This document shows positions 21,829 to 32,188 of a DNA stretch of 64,000 nucleotides, piece after piece. The stretch comes from a virus, in IMG/VR virus record IMGVR_UViG_3300010158_000045, positions 1 to 64,000 of that record, one strand, 5' to 3'. The notes beneath the pieces are model-generated. The model searched no databases and was not told the DNA's origin. It saw only the letters and a program-made list of their open reading frames with translations. Position 1 is the first letter of the stretch. Each line of letters opens with the position of its first letter. The position numbers and the translations under genes are program-made.

Positions 21829-24492
21829 ATGTCGCAACTAATAATTAATACAAAAGCAGGCGCCGCAGATAGTTTAAAATCTGGCGCCGCTAAAATCAAC
21901 AGTAATTTTACTGAACTATATTCGCTATCCTTGCCATCGCTGATTGGAAATAGCGGAAAATATTTAACAACAGACGGTAACCTTGTTAGCTGGCAACCAT
22001 TCCAAGCAACTAACGGAGTAGTCACTACGGCTGCCTATTCAGATCCTGTTTGGATTACTAGTTTAAACTATTCAAAATTAATAAACACTCCAAATTTAGG
22101 AATCTATTTAACTGCTGAAAGTTTATCAGTTAGAACAAGTATTGCCAGCGGTAACGGAGCGTTGAGTTATTCCGGCGGACAATTCACTTACACACCACCA
22201 GTTGTGCCTACATATACTATTAATACGGCTAGTCCTGCTGGCACAGGTAGTTTAAGTATAAGCGGAAGTGTTTTTACCTACACTCCACCAAATGTATCGT
22301 CTTTGATTTCCTTAACTAGTTTAAGTGTTATTAATACTACACCATCTGGCGTTGGCGGCATATCTTATAATAGTTCTACAGGTTTATTTACATTTGTACC
22401 TCCAGCCGCAACTACCACAATAACAGGCAATGCTGGAACAGCAACAGCTTTGCAAACTGCTCGTACTATTAATGGTGTTAGTTTTGATGGAACTGCAAAT
22501 ATCACAGTTCCCGCTACTACTATTGCTAGTTCTTTAACAACACTACCTACAACAGTTATTAATTCTAGTTTGCAAACCGTTGGAACACTATCAGGTTTGA
22601 ACGTTACTGGAAATACTGTTATTACTGGAAACCTAACAGTAACTGGTACAACAACAAGTACCAGTACTAGCACTTTAAGTGTAGCTAATAAAACAATTAT
22701 TGTTAGTAACGGCAGTACAAGTAGTGCATTAAGTGATGGTAGCGGATTACAAGTGTACGGCCCAACGCCAAATCCTACTTTTTTATATACTCACGCTAAT
22801 ACTAGTTTTACAAGTAATATTCCTATTGTTGCCAGCACATTCACTGGAAATTTAACTGGTAACGTAACTGGTAACGTAACTGGTAACGTAACTGGTAATG
22901 TAAGTGGAACTGCTGGTACTATAACTGGAATTTATAGCGGAACATTAACAACGGGTCAAATAACTTCAGCGTTAGGATTTACTCCAATACAGTTGAGTAG
23001 TCTAAGTGTTGGAGCAAATGCGGCCGCCAACGGATCTGGAGCTATCAGTTATGCTAGCGGTGTGTTCACATATACCCCTCCAAATTTATCAACATATCTT
23101 AATATCAATAGTTTAAGCATAACAACAAATGCAGCCAGCGGAACTGGTGCATTAAGTTATTTGAATGGAGTGTTTTCGTTTACACCGCCAAATCTATCAA
23201 CATACTTAACAGGAATTACTGGTAATCAAGTTACTACAGCATTAGGGTATACACCTTTACAATCTACTAGTTTAAGTGTGCTTACCAATACTGCTAGTGG
23301 TGGTGGCTCTTTAAGTTACAGTGGTGGAGTATTTACTTTTACACCGGCCAGCGTTCCAAGTTATAGTGTGTCAACAAGTCCAACAGCTAATGGCGGCGGT
23401 AGTTTAAGTTTAAATGGAACTACATTCTTGTTTACTCCAGCAAGCATACCAACTTATAATGTACAAACAAATAGTGCAAGTGGTTCTGGTGCATTAGGAT
23501 TAAGCGGTTATACATTCACATATACTCCTCCGTTAATACCTACAGTACCAACTTATACAGTAACATCTAATACAGCTAGCGGTAACGGAAGTTTAAGTTT
23601 AAGTGGAAACACATTTTCGTTCACTCCGGCTTTAGTGCCAACATACACAGTGTCGTCAAACACACCAAGCGGAAACGGAGCGTTAAGTTTAAATGGAAGT
23701 GTATTTTCATTCACGCCTCCAGTTATTCCTGTAGTACCAACTTATACAGTAACTACTAATTCTGCCAGCGGTGGCGGTGCACTGAGTATCAGCGGTAATA
23801 CATTCTTTTTCACGCCAGCCGCCCAGTATAGTTTACCAACGGCTACCACCAGTGTTACAGGAGGTGTAAAAATTCCAGCTGTGGCAACCAGCGGCATTAC
23901 AAATAGTACAGGCACTATTGGTTTAGCCACTGCAAGCGACACACAATTGGGCGGCGTCAAAGTTGACAACAGCACAATAACAATTACCAGTGGAGTTATC
24001 AGTGTTTCGGCAGCATCTACAACACAACTTGGTGCTGTTAAAATAGATGGCACGACTATATCTATTAATGGTAGCGGACAATTAACATCTAGCGGTGCAG
24101 GCTTGTCTAGTCGAACAACAGTTTCAACGACAACAGCTAGCATTGCATATCAAACAAGCGCCACGGCAACGGTAGTAGCAGCCAAAGGTTATGCATTGTA
24201 CAGTATACAAGCAAGTGCAGGCGCCTGGATTACAATTTATACAAGCTCAAGTGCGCAAAGTGCAGATAGTTCACGAGCAATAACTACTGATCCCACACCG
24301 GGAAGCGGTGTAATAGCAGAGATAATTACTACTGGTGCAGTATCAAATACAACTTATTTTACTCCAGCTGTAATGGGATTCAATGCAGACGGCACTCCGG
24401 GGACAAACATGTATTTGAAGATTTATAATAATAACAGTGCCGGTGCATCTGCAATAACAGTTACAATCACGTACTTAAAACTAGAAGCATAA
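21829..24492 (+). CDS. Ser/Thr/Gly-rich repeat fibre protein
   Basis: About 11 copies of (S/G)G.G.LS....F.(Y/F)TP(P/A); TARTINGVSFDGTANI fibre motif; A...LG.VK.D repeats; KINSNFTELY N-terminal anchor. Confidence 0.7.
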   Translation: MSQLIINTKAGAADSLKSGAAKINSNFTELYSLSLPSLIGNSGKYLTTDGNLVSWQPFQATNGVVTTAAYSDPVWITSLNYSKLINTPNLGIYLTAESLSVRTSIASGNGALSYSGGQFTYTPPVVPTYTINTASPAGTGSLSISGSVFTYTPPNVSSLISLTSLSVINTTPSGVGGISYNSSTGLFTFVPPAATTTITGNAGTATALQTARTINGVSFDGTANITVPATTIASSLTTLPTTVINSSLQTVGTLSGLNVTGNTVITGNLTVTGTTTSTSTSTLSVANKTIIVSNGSTSSALSDGSGLQVYGPTPNPTFLYTHANTSFTSNIPIVASTFTGNLTGNVTGNVTGNVTGNVSGTAGTITGIYSGTLTTGQITSALGFTPIQLSSLSVGANAAANGSGAISYASGVFTYTPPNLSTYLNINSLSITTNAASGTGALSYLNGVFSFTPPNLSTYLTGITGNQVTTALGYTPLQSTSLSVLTNTASGGGSLSYSGGVFTFTPASVPSYSVSTSPTANGGGSLSLNGTTFLFTPASIPTYNVQTNSASGSGALGLSGYTFTYTPPLIPTVPTYTVTSNTASGNGSLSLSGNTFSFTPALVPTYTVSSNTPSGNGALSLNGSVFSFTPPVIPVVPTYTVTTNSASGGGALSISGNTFFFTPAAQYSLPTATTSVTGGVKIPAVATSGITNSTGTIGLATASDTQLGGVKVDNSTITITSGVISVSAASTTQLGAVKIDGTTISINGSGQLTSSGAGLSSRTTVSTTTASIAYQTSATATVVAAKGYALYSIQASAGAWITIYTSSSAQSADSSRAITTDPTPGSGVIAEIITTGAVSNTTYFTPAVMGFNADGTPGTNMYLKIYNNNSAGASAITVTITYLKLEA
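22855..22902 (+). repeat. 12-bp tandem repeat x4 (ACTGGTAACGTA), encoding (TGNV)4
   Basis: Three perfect copies and one with a single mismatch, read directly from the sequence. Confidence 0.9.
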
Positions 24493-24493
24493 T

Positions 24494-26080
24494 ATGACCA
24501 CAGTCAATAAAAATGTCAACGACCAGATAATGATTAGTCTGTATCTTGTAAGAGATACCCACGAAAATGGAATGACTTTAAAAGAATATGCAGATGCTGT
24601 GCTTGAAGGCCAAGAACCAATTTTAGGTCACAGTTCGTTTGTTTATCAATTTGGTGCGACAGATGAAAATTTGCAAAAAGCTATAGACTGGGCCCGTGCA
24701 AATAATTTTTCTATTCATGAATCGCATCACGGACAAAGTGTAGTCAAAGTTACAGGGTCAGTGGGTGCTTTTAATAGTGCATTTAACATTACATTACAAG
24801 ATGTGACGGATGGTGGTAGAACTTACATGATGCCAAATGTTGCTCCGACTATTCCTCAAGCAATGATAGGTATAATTGAAAGTGTTCCTGGATTTGACGA
24901 AAGTTTTATTGCTGTAAAACATGCAACAAAATATGATCCTCTAGATTATCCTGGCGCTGATCCTACGATTGCTAATCCTGCAATAGCAGTAACACCCATA
25001 CAAATGAGTACAGCTTATAAATCACCGACCGGTGACGGATATGGTGTGTGTATTGGAATTTTTGAATTAACTTATAGTGGTTATGTTACAGGATATAACG
25101 CCACGGATGTTACAAATAGCTTTTCTCGTATCGGGCTAACTGCTCCAACAATTACAAATATAAATGTAAATGGAGCAACAGTAAGTTCAACCAGCGATGC
25201 AGAAAGTATGCTGGACATTTATTGTTCAGGAGGCGCCGCGCCTCGAGCAAAAATAGCATACTATACAGCACCAAATGGTGGAACACAGAACATCATTGAC
25301 AATATCAATGCGTGTGCAAACGATACTGTAAACAATCCTTGCGTACTTGATATAAGCTGGGGAATTGGCGATGGCACAGTATTTGATTCAGCATTGCAAG
25401 CCTGCGTGACCAAAGGCATTACAGTTTTTGTTAGTTCAGGCGATAGCGGTGCAAACAATTTAAGTATGGCGCAAACTTGTTGCAGTCAATATATGGTATC
25501 AGCCGGTGGCACGACTACAGTACTAGATGGCAGTAATAACATCAGTAGCGAAGTTGCATGGAGCGGAAGTGGCGGCGGTATTAGCAGTTCAGTGCCCTTG
25601 CCCAGTTGGCAAACTGGTTTAACCTCGACTACTAAAACAGCCAGCTCAACAGGTTCTCCAACTGCTTTACCTCGCCGAGGTGTTCCTGATATCAGTGCTC
25701 CTGCAAATCCGTCTACCGGCTGGACATTTTATGTAAACAACTCCTTGCAGACCTGGGGCGGTACCAGCGCCAGCGCACCGTTTTTAGCAGGCACTTGGGC
25801 AAGATTAACTGCACTATTAGGCACTAGAGTACCGTTTGATATGTCTATTTGGTATAGTAATTCTTCAATGTTCACTGATACTACAAGCGGTGATAATAGA
25901 AATGGATATACTACTGGTTATACTACAACCGCAGGCTGGGATGCTGCCACAGGGTTAGGCAGTCCAAAGGTAGATCAAATTTACAAATACTTCCATACCG
26001 GATCGACATTCCCTAAACAAAATTACGGATTTAGGTCTACAGGCCCAGTTTATCCTCGGAAAACAACAGGTGCCCGATAA
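24494..26080 (+). CDS. Sedolisin/kumamolisin-family (S53) serine-carboxyl protease with prodomain
   Basis: Catalytic E-x3-D (ESMLD), oxyanion SSGDSG, nucleophile GGTSASAP, RGVPDISA, Ca-site GWDAATGLGSP; N-terminal activation-domain-like region (V.V.GSVGAFNSAF). Confidence 0.92.
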   Translation: MTTVNKNVNDQIMISLYLVRDTHENGMTLKEYADAVLEGQEPILGHSSFVYQFGATDENLQKAIDWARANNFSIHESHHGQSVVKVTGSVGAFNSAFNITLQDVTDGGRTYMMPNVAPTIPQAMIGIIESVPGFDESFIAVKHATKYDPLDYPGADPTIANPAIAVTPIQMSTAYKSPTGDGYGVCIGIFELTYSGYVTGYNATDVTNSFSRIGLTAPTITNINVNGATVSSTSDAESMLDIYCSGGAAPRAKIAYYTAPNGGTQNIIDNINACANDTVNNPCVLDISWGIGDGTVFDSALQACVTKGITVFVSSGDSGANNLSMAQTCCSQYMVSAGGTTTVLDGSNNISSEVAWSGSGGGISSSVPLPSWQTGLTSTTKTASSTGSPTALPRRGVPDISAPANPSTGWTFYVNNSLQTWGGTSASAPFLAGTWARLTALLGTRVPFDMSIWYSNSSMFTDTTSGDNRNGYTTGYTTTAGWDAATGLGSPKVDQIYKYFHTGSTFPKQNYGFRSTGPVYPRKTTGAR

Positions 26081-26102
26081 AACTAGCACATTATAAACAT
26101 TG

Positions 26103-26109
26103 ATAAATA
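26103..26109 (+). promoter_or_regulatory. T4-like late promoter motif ATAAATA
   Basis: Intergenic, about 20 nt upstream of ATG 26130. Confidence 0.55.
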
Positions 26110-26129
26110 TTAGATAAAGAGAGACCAAC

Positions 26130-26747
26130 ATGCAGAGTAAAGATCTAACCGGAATCCACATTGAAGGACATATTAAAATATGGGATCCTGAAAGTAAGGA
26201 AGTCTATATTAATAAACGTAACGCAATTCATTACGAAAACATTAGTACAGCCCTAGCCAACAGTTTATCCAACAATAACGATGGCGGATTTATCAGCCAA
26301 ATGTCGTTTGGTAACGGCGGAACCGCAATCGATCCAACTGGAATTATTACATATTTTACTCCGAATAGTACAGGTAGTAATGCTGGTTTATACAATGAAA
26401 CATATCATAAAATAGTCAATCAAAATTCTAGTAGCAATGCAGATCCTACAAGAAATTACATGGAAGTTAGACACGTCACCGGCACAAATTATAGTGACAT
26501 ATTTGTGACTTGTTTATTAGATTATGGCGATGGAAATGATGCAGGACAAAGCGCATTTGATAATACAAATAATAATAACAGTACGTTTGTATTTGACGAG
26601 CTTGGATTAAAAAGTTACAGTGCTACTGGAAATCCGTTATTATTAACACACGTAATTTTCCACCCTGTACAAAAAAGCCTTAATAGACTTATACAAATTG
26701 ATTATACAGTAAGGCTTCAAAGTTTAACCGGCCTAGTGTCAGTTTAA
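26130..26747 (+). CDS. Virion structural protein (tail/baseplate associated)
   Basis: Lies in the late module. FDELGL...LLTHVIFHPVQKSLNR.IQIDY C-terminus resembles tail-fibre-attachment-type proteins. Confidence 0.55.
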   Translation: MQSKDLTGIHIEGHIKIWDPESKEVYINKRNAIHYENISTALANSLSNNNDGGFISQMSFGNGGTAIDPTGIITYFTPNSTGSNAGLYNETYHKIVNQNSSSNADPTRNYMEVRHVTGTNYSDIFVTCLLDYGDGNDAGQSAFDNTNNNNSTFVFDELGLKSYSATGNPLLLTHVIFHPVQKSLNRLIQIDYTVRLQSLTGLVSV

Positions 26748-26757
26748 GGAATAAGAA

Positions 26758-28962
26758 ATGTCATATCAAGTTACATTTACAGACTCCACTAATCCAGCTA
26801 AACCGCCAATTACAGTAGCTGATCAATCACTTAATAGTCAAACTAGTTTGACTTTTGTTGGTAAAAACTATGCTGGATATGCTCCTATTGTTGCTACTGA
26901 TTTTTTACATTTATTAGAAAATTTTGCAGCCGACCATGCCCCGAGCAATCCAATAGAAGGTCAGTTATGGTATGATAATACCAGCGGTGTTCACTTATTA
27001 AAAATTTATGACGGTACAACTTGGACGGCAGCAGGATCGGTTAAGAAAAGTCCTAGCAGTCAGCAACCTCCACCTGCAAATAGTGTTATTGGAGACTTGT
27101 GGGCTGACACAACTAATAGTCAGTTGTATATTTTTACAGGTAGTAACTGGGTATTAGTCGGCCCTCAATTTAGTCAAGGCACATTAACAGGCCCCCAAGT
27201 TGAAAATATTATCGATACATTAAATGTTTCGCACAGTGTTGTTACAATATATTCAAACAATACTCCCGTAGTTATTATCAGTCAGGATTCTTTCACACCA
27301 AAATCTACAATAACCGGATTTATTTCTTTTAATAAAGGTATTAATTTATATACAGATACCGGTGATTTAGGTCTCGAGACCGGGTCAAGTGCGGGTATAT
27401 GGGGAACTGCTCAACAAGCTACTTCGTTAGTTTATAACGGAACTCCAGTTGTAGCAACTAATTTTTTAAGAAAAGACATTGCCGACGTAAGTAGTTTTCC
27501 TATCAGCGTTAGAGCCAACGGTGGTATAACTGTAGGTAGTGCATTAAGTGTCAGCTTGGTAACTGATAACGTTGGTAACGGAGTGTTGTATAATAACTCT
27601 AGTAACAAGAGTATGAGTATACGTGTTACTCAGTCCAATGTTCCATATACTGCACTATACATAGATTCCAGTTTAAAAGTAGGCATTGGGAAAAATAATT
27701 CAAGTCCCCAGGCCACTTTAGATGTGATAGGTCAAGTTAACATTGGAGATGATACTGCCTCTAGTTTGTTGGGCAGATTGCTTGTAAACGGGACTTCGGA
27801 TGTAGGAGCACTCAGTACAGGGTTAGGAGATCCAGGCGGAGCAAGTATACAAACTTTGGGCGGTTTAAGTGTTGCCAAAAGTACCAAATTAGGCGATGAC
27901 ACTACAGTTAACGGACAACTTTATTTAAATTGGATAGACGGTGTTACGGGTATACCTAAGACAGGATCAGCATTACTGCCAGTAACGACTGGAATTTATG
28001 ACATTGGCAGTGCCAGTCTTAGTTTTAGAAACATATACGCTAGTAGTTTTGTAGGAAATTTTACAGGCACGTTTACTGGTACATTACAAGGCAATATTAG
28101 TGGATCTGCCGCACGATTAGCAAGCGCAACAGAGTTTAGTCTTGCAGGTGACGTTGCAAGTAGTGACGGCGGAACAGCGTTCACTGGCCAAACTGTCGAC
28201 GGCAGGGCAATTCTAAACACAGTTATTAGCCCAGACTTTATATCAACTAAATCAGCGGCTACCGATTCGTTTTTAACTGACCAGTTGTTAGTTTATAGAT
28301 CTAACTCAGGTCTTGTTAGTATGTCTAAGTCAGTTTTGTTTAATCATATTCCTCAAATTCCAGTAGGAATTATATTTCCATTTGCTGGCTCGGCCAGTGC
28401 TGTACCTACAGGATATTTATTATGCGATGGCAGTGAAGTTTTGACCTCGGCTTACCCCACGCTGTTCAGCGTAATTGGTTACACATACAAAGCATCCGTA
28501 TCGTTACAGGGACTGGGAACTTTCGGCTTACCAGATCTTCGAGGCAGAGTGCCTTTAGGTAAAGATGACATGGATAATCAAAATGAGATTCCTAGCAACG
28601 ATGGGACCGGCACATTAATAAATGCCGGCGGCGGATCAGCTAACCGAGTATCGGACATTACTGGAAAAACATTAGGAACAGGTTCAGGATTGCAACAAGT
28701 AACAATTCAAACTAGAAATTTACCTGATCACAAACATAATTTAAGCAGTAATGCCGCTCAATACTATGCTCCAGGACTACCTAGTGGTGTTCCAGATCCA
28801 GCGGCAATTCCATCTTACGGTTTACCTAATTTTAGTACTGGTTCGGGACTTCCAAACAGCGGCGGAGTTATTCCAGATCAAAATACAACTTTGGGAAATG
28901 CGCTAAACGTAATGAATCCGTACTTGACTATTAATTATATTATTTACACTGGAGTTATTTAA
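26758..28962 (+). CDS. Tail fibre with C-terminal tail-collar domain
   Basis: PVGIIFPFAG..VPTGYLLCDGS...YPTLFSVIG...FGLPDLRGRVPLG and NPYLTINYII. Shares an N-terminal GKNY.GY...LLENF...P..GQLWYD domain with the next two genes. Confidence 0.85.
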   Translation: MSYQVTFTDSTNPAKPPITVADQSLNSQTSLTFVGKNYAGYAPIVATDFLHLLENFAADHAPSNPIEGQLWYDNTSGVHLLKIYDGTTWTAAGSVKKSPSSQQPPPANSVIGDLWADTTNSQLYIFTGSNWVLVGPQFSQGTLTGPQVENIIDTLNVSHSVVTIYSNNTPVVIISQDSFTPKSTITGFISFNKGINLYTDTGDLGLETGSSAGIWGTAQQATSLVYNGTPVVATNFLRKDIADVSSFPISVRANGGITVGSALSVSLVTDNVGNGVLYNNSSNKSMSIRVTQSNVPYTALYIDSSLKVGIGKNNSSPQATLDVIGQVNIGDDTASSLLGRLLVNGTSDVGALSTGLGDPGGASIQTLGGLSVAKSTKLGDDTTVNGQLYLNWIDGVTGIPKTGSALLPVTTGIYDIGSASLSFRNIYASSFVGNFTGTFTGTLQGNISGSAARLASATEFSLAGDVASSDGGTAFTGQTVDGRAILNTVISPDFISTKSAATDSFLTDQLLVYRSNSGLVSMSKSVLFNHIPQIPVGIIFPFAGSASAVPTGYLLCDGSEVLTSAYPTLFSVIGYTYKASVSLQGLGTFGLPDLRGRVPLGKDDMDNQNEIPSNDGTGTLINAGGGSANRVSDITGKTLGTGSGLQQVTIQTRNLPDHKHNLSSNAAQYYAPGLPSGVPDPAAIPSYGLPNFSTGSGLPNSGGVIPDQNTTLGNALNVMNPYLTINYIIYTGVI

Positions 28963-30632
28963 TGACATATCTGATCACTAAAACAGATGGCTCTACACTA
29001 ACGCAGGTAGCAGACGGAGTATTAGACCAAACAACAACTGACCTTACATTAATTGGAAAAAATGCAAGCGGGTACGGTAATTATATAGATAATAATTTTG
29101 TACATTTATTAGAAAATTTTTCTAATGTAGTTCAACCTATACATCCAATTACTGGACAGTTATGGTTTGACACTAGTGAAAATCGATTAAAAGTATATGA
29201 TGGAATTACATTCAAAGTTAGTGGCGGCACGATTATATCTAATACCACTCCTAGCGGCATAACTGCCGGAGATTTATGGATTGATAGTAATAGACAACAA
29301 CTTTATTTTAATGATGGAACAAGCACAAAACTAGCTGGCCCAATATACACATCAAGTCAGGGCATTACAGGATTTAGTACAGAAGATGTATTAGATACTA
29401 ACAGTATAAGCCGAACAATTCTATTATTATATGTTGCACAAACATTAATTGGAATTTTCAGCAAAGATAATTTTACACCAGCTACACCAATTGGCGGATT
29501 TAGCGGTAGCATAACCGCAGGATTTAATATAGGCACTTATGCTGGCCTTAAATTTACAACTCCAACTACGCAAGCAGATTACTTGCTAGCTCCAGACGGG
29601 TCAAGAAAAACAGCCGCTAATTTTTTAAGTACAACGGATAGTTCTAGTACAACTGGAACAATTACAATTCAAAATACTACACCACTTGTATTAGGTGTAG
29701 GCGCAAATACTGAAATTGATACAACTTCTACTTTATTCCAGATTAAATCAAATACAATAAATCAAAATTTTGGAATTAACACTTTAAATAATAGCGGTCT
29801 TCAAAATAGCGTGTTTATTAATACTGCTAATAAGTATGTTGGAATTTACACAAACACACCTACTAGTACACTAGATGTTAATGGAGATGTTACAGTCGGT
29901 GGTAATCTTACAGTAAAAGGAAGCACTTTAACAATTAGTACAAGTGTAATTAATATTGCTGACAAATTTATTACATTAGGCAAAGTAACTACGCCCAGTA
30001 ACACTACAGCAGACGGCGGCGGCTTTACAATTGCTGGCGGCAACGATACTGACAAACAATTTTTATGGAATTTAAGTAATTTAAGTTTCAACAGCAGTGA
30101 AAATATTAACTTGACTGCTGGCAAATCGTTTAAAGTTGGAGGATTTAGCGTCCTAAGCCAAACTCAATTAGGTACAACAGTTACCAGTGCTCCGGGATTA
30201 GTCAGTGTTGGAACTTTAGCAGGAGTAGGTGTCAGTTACATGACACTTGGCGGCACTGGTACTGAATCAACAATAGCCTATACAAATAGCAGTCAGACTA
30301 ATGGTACCATTTATCTAGTTCCAAAGGGATCGGGTAGCGTAGATATTGGAAATTTTAAGATAACTAACCTAGCCACTCCTACAGCTAATGGAGATGCCGC
30401 AAATAAATCTTACGTAGATACTGCTATTGCTAAGGCACCTTTAGCAATAAGTTTAACAACAACCGGACTAACAAACCCACAAATTGCAGGTAACTATCTA
30501 AGTAAAGTATTTCCGGGAGGCGAGCATCCTGACAACACTATTGCAAGGGTTGTTTGTACTGATGGCGGCACTACTACAGTTAGGCAGTTCCAGTTATTAG
30601 CTGGCACATGGGCATATCAGACTCAATTGTGA
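28962..30632 (+). CDS. Tail fibre protein (paralogous N-terminal domain)
   Basis: LIGKNASGYG...LLENF...PITGQLWFD; VGI.T..P...LDV.G and DAANKSYVD fibre motifs. Confidence 0.75.
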   Translation: MTYLITKTDGSTLTQVADGVLDQTTTDLTLIGKNASGYGNYIDNNFVHLLENFSNVVQPIHPITGQLWFDTSENRLKVYDGITFKVSGGTIISNTTPSGITAGDLWIDSNRQQLYFNDGTSTKLAGPIYTSSQGITGFSTEDVLDTNSISRTILLLYVAQTLIGIFSKDNFTPATPIGGFSGSITAGFNIGTYAGLKFTTPTTQADYLLAPDGSRKTAANFLSTTDSSSTTGTITIQNTTPLVLGVGANTEIDTTSTLFQIKSNTINQNFGINTLNNSGLQNSVFINTANKYVGIYTNTPTSTLDVNGDVTVGGNLTVKGSTLTISTSVINIADKFITLGKVTTPSNTTADGGGFTIAGGNDTDKQFLWNLSNLSFNSSENINLTAGKSFKVGGFSVLSQTQLGTTVTSAPGLVSVGTLAGVGVSYMTLGGTGTESTIAYTNSSQTNGTIYLVPKGSGSVDIGNFKITNLATPTANGDAANKSYVDTAIAKAPLAISLTTTGLTNPQIAGNYLSKVFPGGEHPDNTIARVVCTDGGTTTVRQFQLLAGTWAYQTQL

Positions 30633-30643
30633 TGCAAAATAGA

Positions 30644-30655
30644 ATAAATACACTA
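30644..30655 (+). promoter_or_regulatory. T4-like late promoter motif ATAAATA(CACTA)
   Basis: Intergenic; identical to 3389-3400; followed by an AAGGA RBS. Confidence 0.6.
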
Positions 30656-30673
30656 GAATAAGGAACGGGCGAC

Positions 30674-32164
30674 ATGTCATATACTATAAACAGATTTAAT
30701 GGAACTCAAGTATCAGTAATTGCTGATGGAACCATTGATTCTACACTAGATCTTAAATTAATTGGTAAGAATTACGCAGGATACGGAGCTGTACAGAACG
30801 AAAATTTTGTATATTTGCTAGAAAATTTTGCCGGCTCCACCCAACCTCCTCGCCCTGTAAGCGGTCAACTATGGTTTGATAGTAACACAAACAAGTTAAA
30901 ATTTTACGATGTTAATGGTAAATTTAGAATTGCAGGTGGTGCAGAGATATCGGCTACTCAACCAACTGGGTTAACTACTGGTGATTTCTGGTGGGATACC
31001 GCTAATCAACAACTTTACTCTTATAACGGCTCTGGATTTACACTAGTAGGTCCGCAAGGTTCTGCAGGCGCAAATACTACTGAATTAAAAACAGCAAGTG
31101 TGTTAGATTCTAATGGTGGCGCCCATACTATTATCAAAGCTATTGATAGTGGCAATGTTATATTCACGATTAGTTCAGATGCTGAATTTACATTAAATTC
31201 TTCAGCTAATGCTATTACAGGATTTACAAAAATACACCAGGGTGTTACCCTAGTTTATTCAAATAACGATTCTCTACCTGGCCAAACTACTAGTAATCAT
31301 AGATTTTGGGGAACAAGTACCAACTCAGATCGCCTGGGTGGACTAAGTGCTAGTAGTTTTATCCAAACTGGAAACGCAATATTCTCAAGTCTAGTTCAGT
31401 TTAGTGATGCAGGTTTTACGGTTGGAGCTACTCCAGCTAAGTTGAAAATTTACAATAATGCCGCTACAACACCTACTTTTATTAATCAAGTAGGCGATAC
31501 ACTTACATTCCAAACAACAGTCAACGCTGTTACTAAAAATCCATTGAATTTAGTGGGCGCAGACATGTTGCCAGGCACAAATTTAACCAACAATATTGGA
31601 TCTTCAACATTACAGTGGAACAATCTTTATGCTAACTATGTATATGGTACAGCACAACAAGCTGACGCTTTGAGTGTTAGTGGAACATATAGAAGTGCAA
31701 GTATAGCCAGTGCCATTAATACCATTGCAGTTCGAGACAGTAACGGCAACTTAAACGCTAATTTGTTCCAAGGAACTGCTACAAGTGCTAATTATGCTGA
31801 CTTGGCAGAAAAATATTTAACAGATGTTGAATTAGAAGCAGGCACTGTAGTAGCTGTTGGCGGCTCTGCAGAAGTTCGAGCAACAGTCTGGGGTGATAGA
31901 GCAGTTGGAGTAGTATCAACAAACCCAGCTTATATGATGAATAGCGAATTAGCCGGAGGAACATATATTGCCCTCAAGGGACGAGTTCCATGTAAAGTTA
32001 CTGGTACTATTAATAAAGGTGATCAATTAGTTGCTACAAACGGCGGCGTAGGTATGTCTATAAACAATGATGTCAGTGCTCCGACACTTTACCCATTCGG
32101 AATTGCGCTAGAAAACTTCGATGGCAGTTCAGAAATTGGCACTATCGAAGTAATCGTACTATAA
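30674..32164 (+). CDS. Tail fibre protein with C-terminal self-cleaving chaperone-like (peptidase G2-type) domain
   Basis: Same N-terminal domain as the two genes before it. C-terminal YADLAEKY...GTVV...VGVVSTNP...ALKGRVPCKV.G...KGD.LV pattern. Confidence 0.7.
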   Translation: MSYTINRFNGTQVSVIADGTIDSTLDLKLIGKNYAGYGAVQNENFVYLLENFAGSTQPPRPVSGQLWFDSNTNKLKFYDVNGKFRIAGGAEISATQPTGLTTGDFWWDTANQQLYSYNGSGFTLVGPQGSAGANTTELKTASVLDSNGGAHTIIKAIDSGNVIFTISSDAEFTLNSSANAITGFTKIHQGVTLVYSNNDSLPGQTTSNHRFWGTSTNSDRLGGLSASSFIQTGNAIFSSLVQFSDAGFTVGATPAKLKIYNNAATTPTFINQVGDTLTFQTTVNAVTKNPLNLVGADMLPGTNLTNNIGSSTLQWNNLYANYVYGTAQQADALSVSGTYRSASIASAINTIAVRDSNGNLNANLFQGTATSANYADLAEKYLTDVELEAGTVVAVGGSAEVRATVWGDRAVGVVSTNPAYMMNSELAGGTYIALKGRVPCKVTGTINKGDQLVATNGGVGMSINNDVSAPTLYPFGIALENFDGSSEIGTIEVIVL

Positions 32165-32167
32165 ATA
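32160..32167 (+). promoter_or_regulatory. T4 consensus late promoter TATAAATA
   Basis: Exact TATAAATA overlapping the upstream stop codon, about 20 nt before ATG 32189. Confidence 0.6.
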
Positions 32168-32188
32168 ACATCAACTAAAGGTAAATGT

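Noticed and set aside
26758-32164. Diversity-generating retroelement or invertible tail-fibre cassette
   Set aside because: No reverse transcriptase or recombinase in the window, and no near-identical template/variable repeat pair seen; the paralogues are old and diverged.
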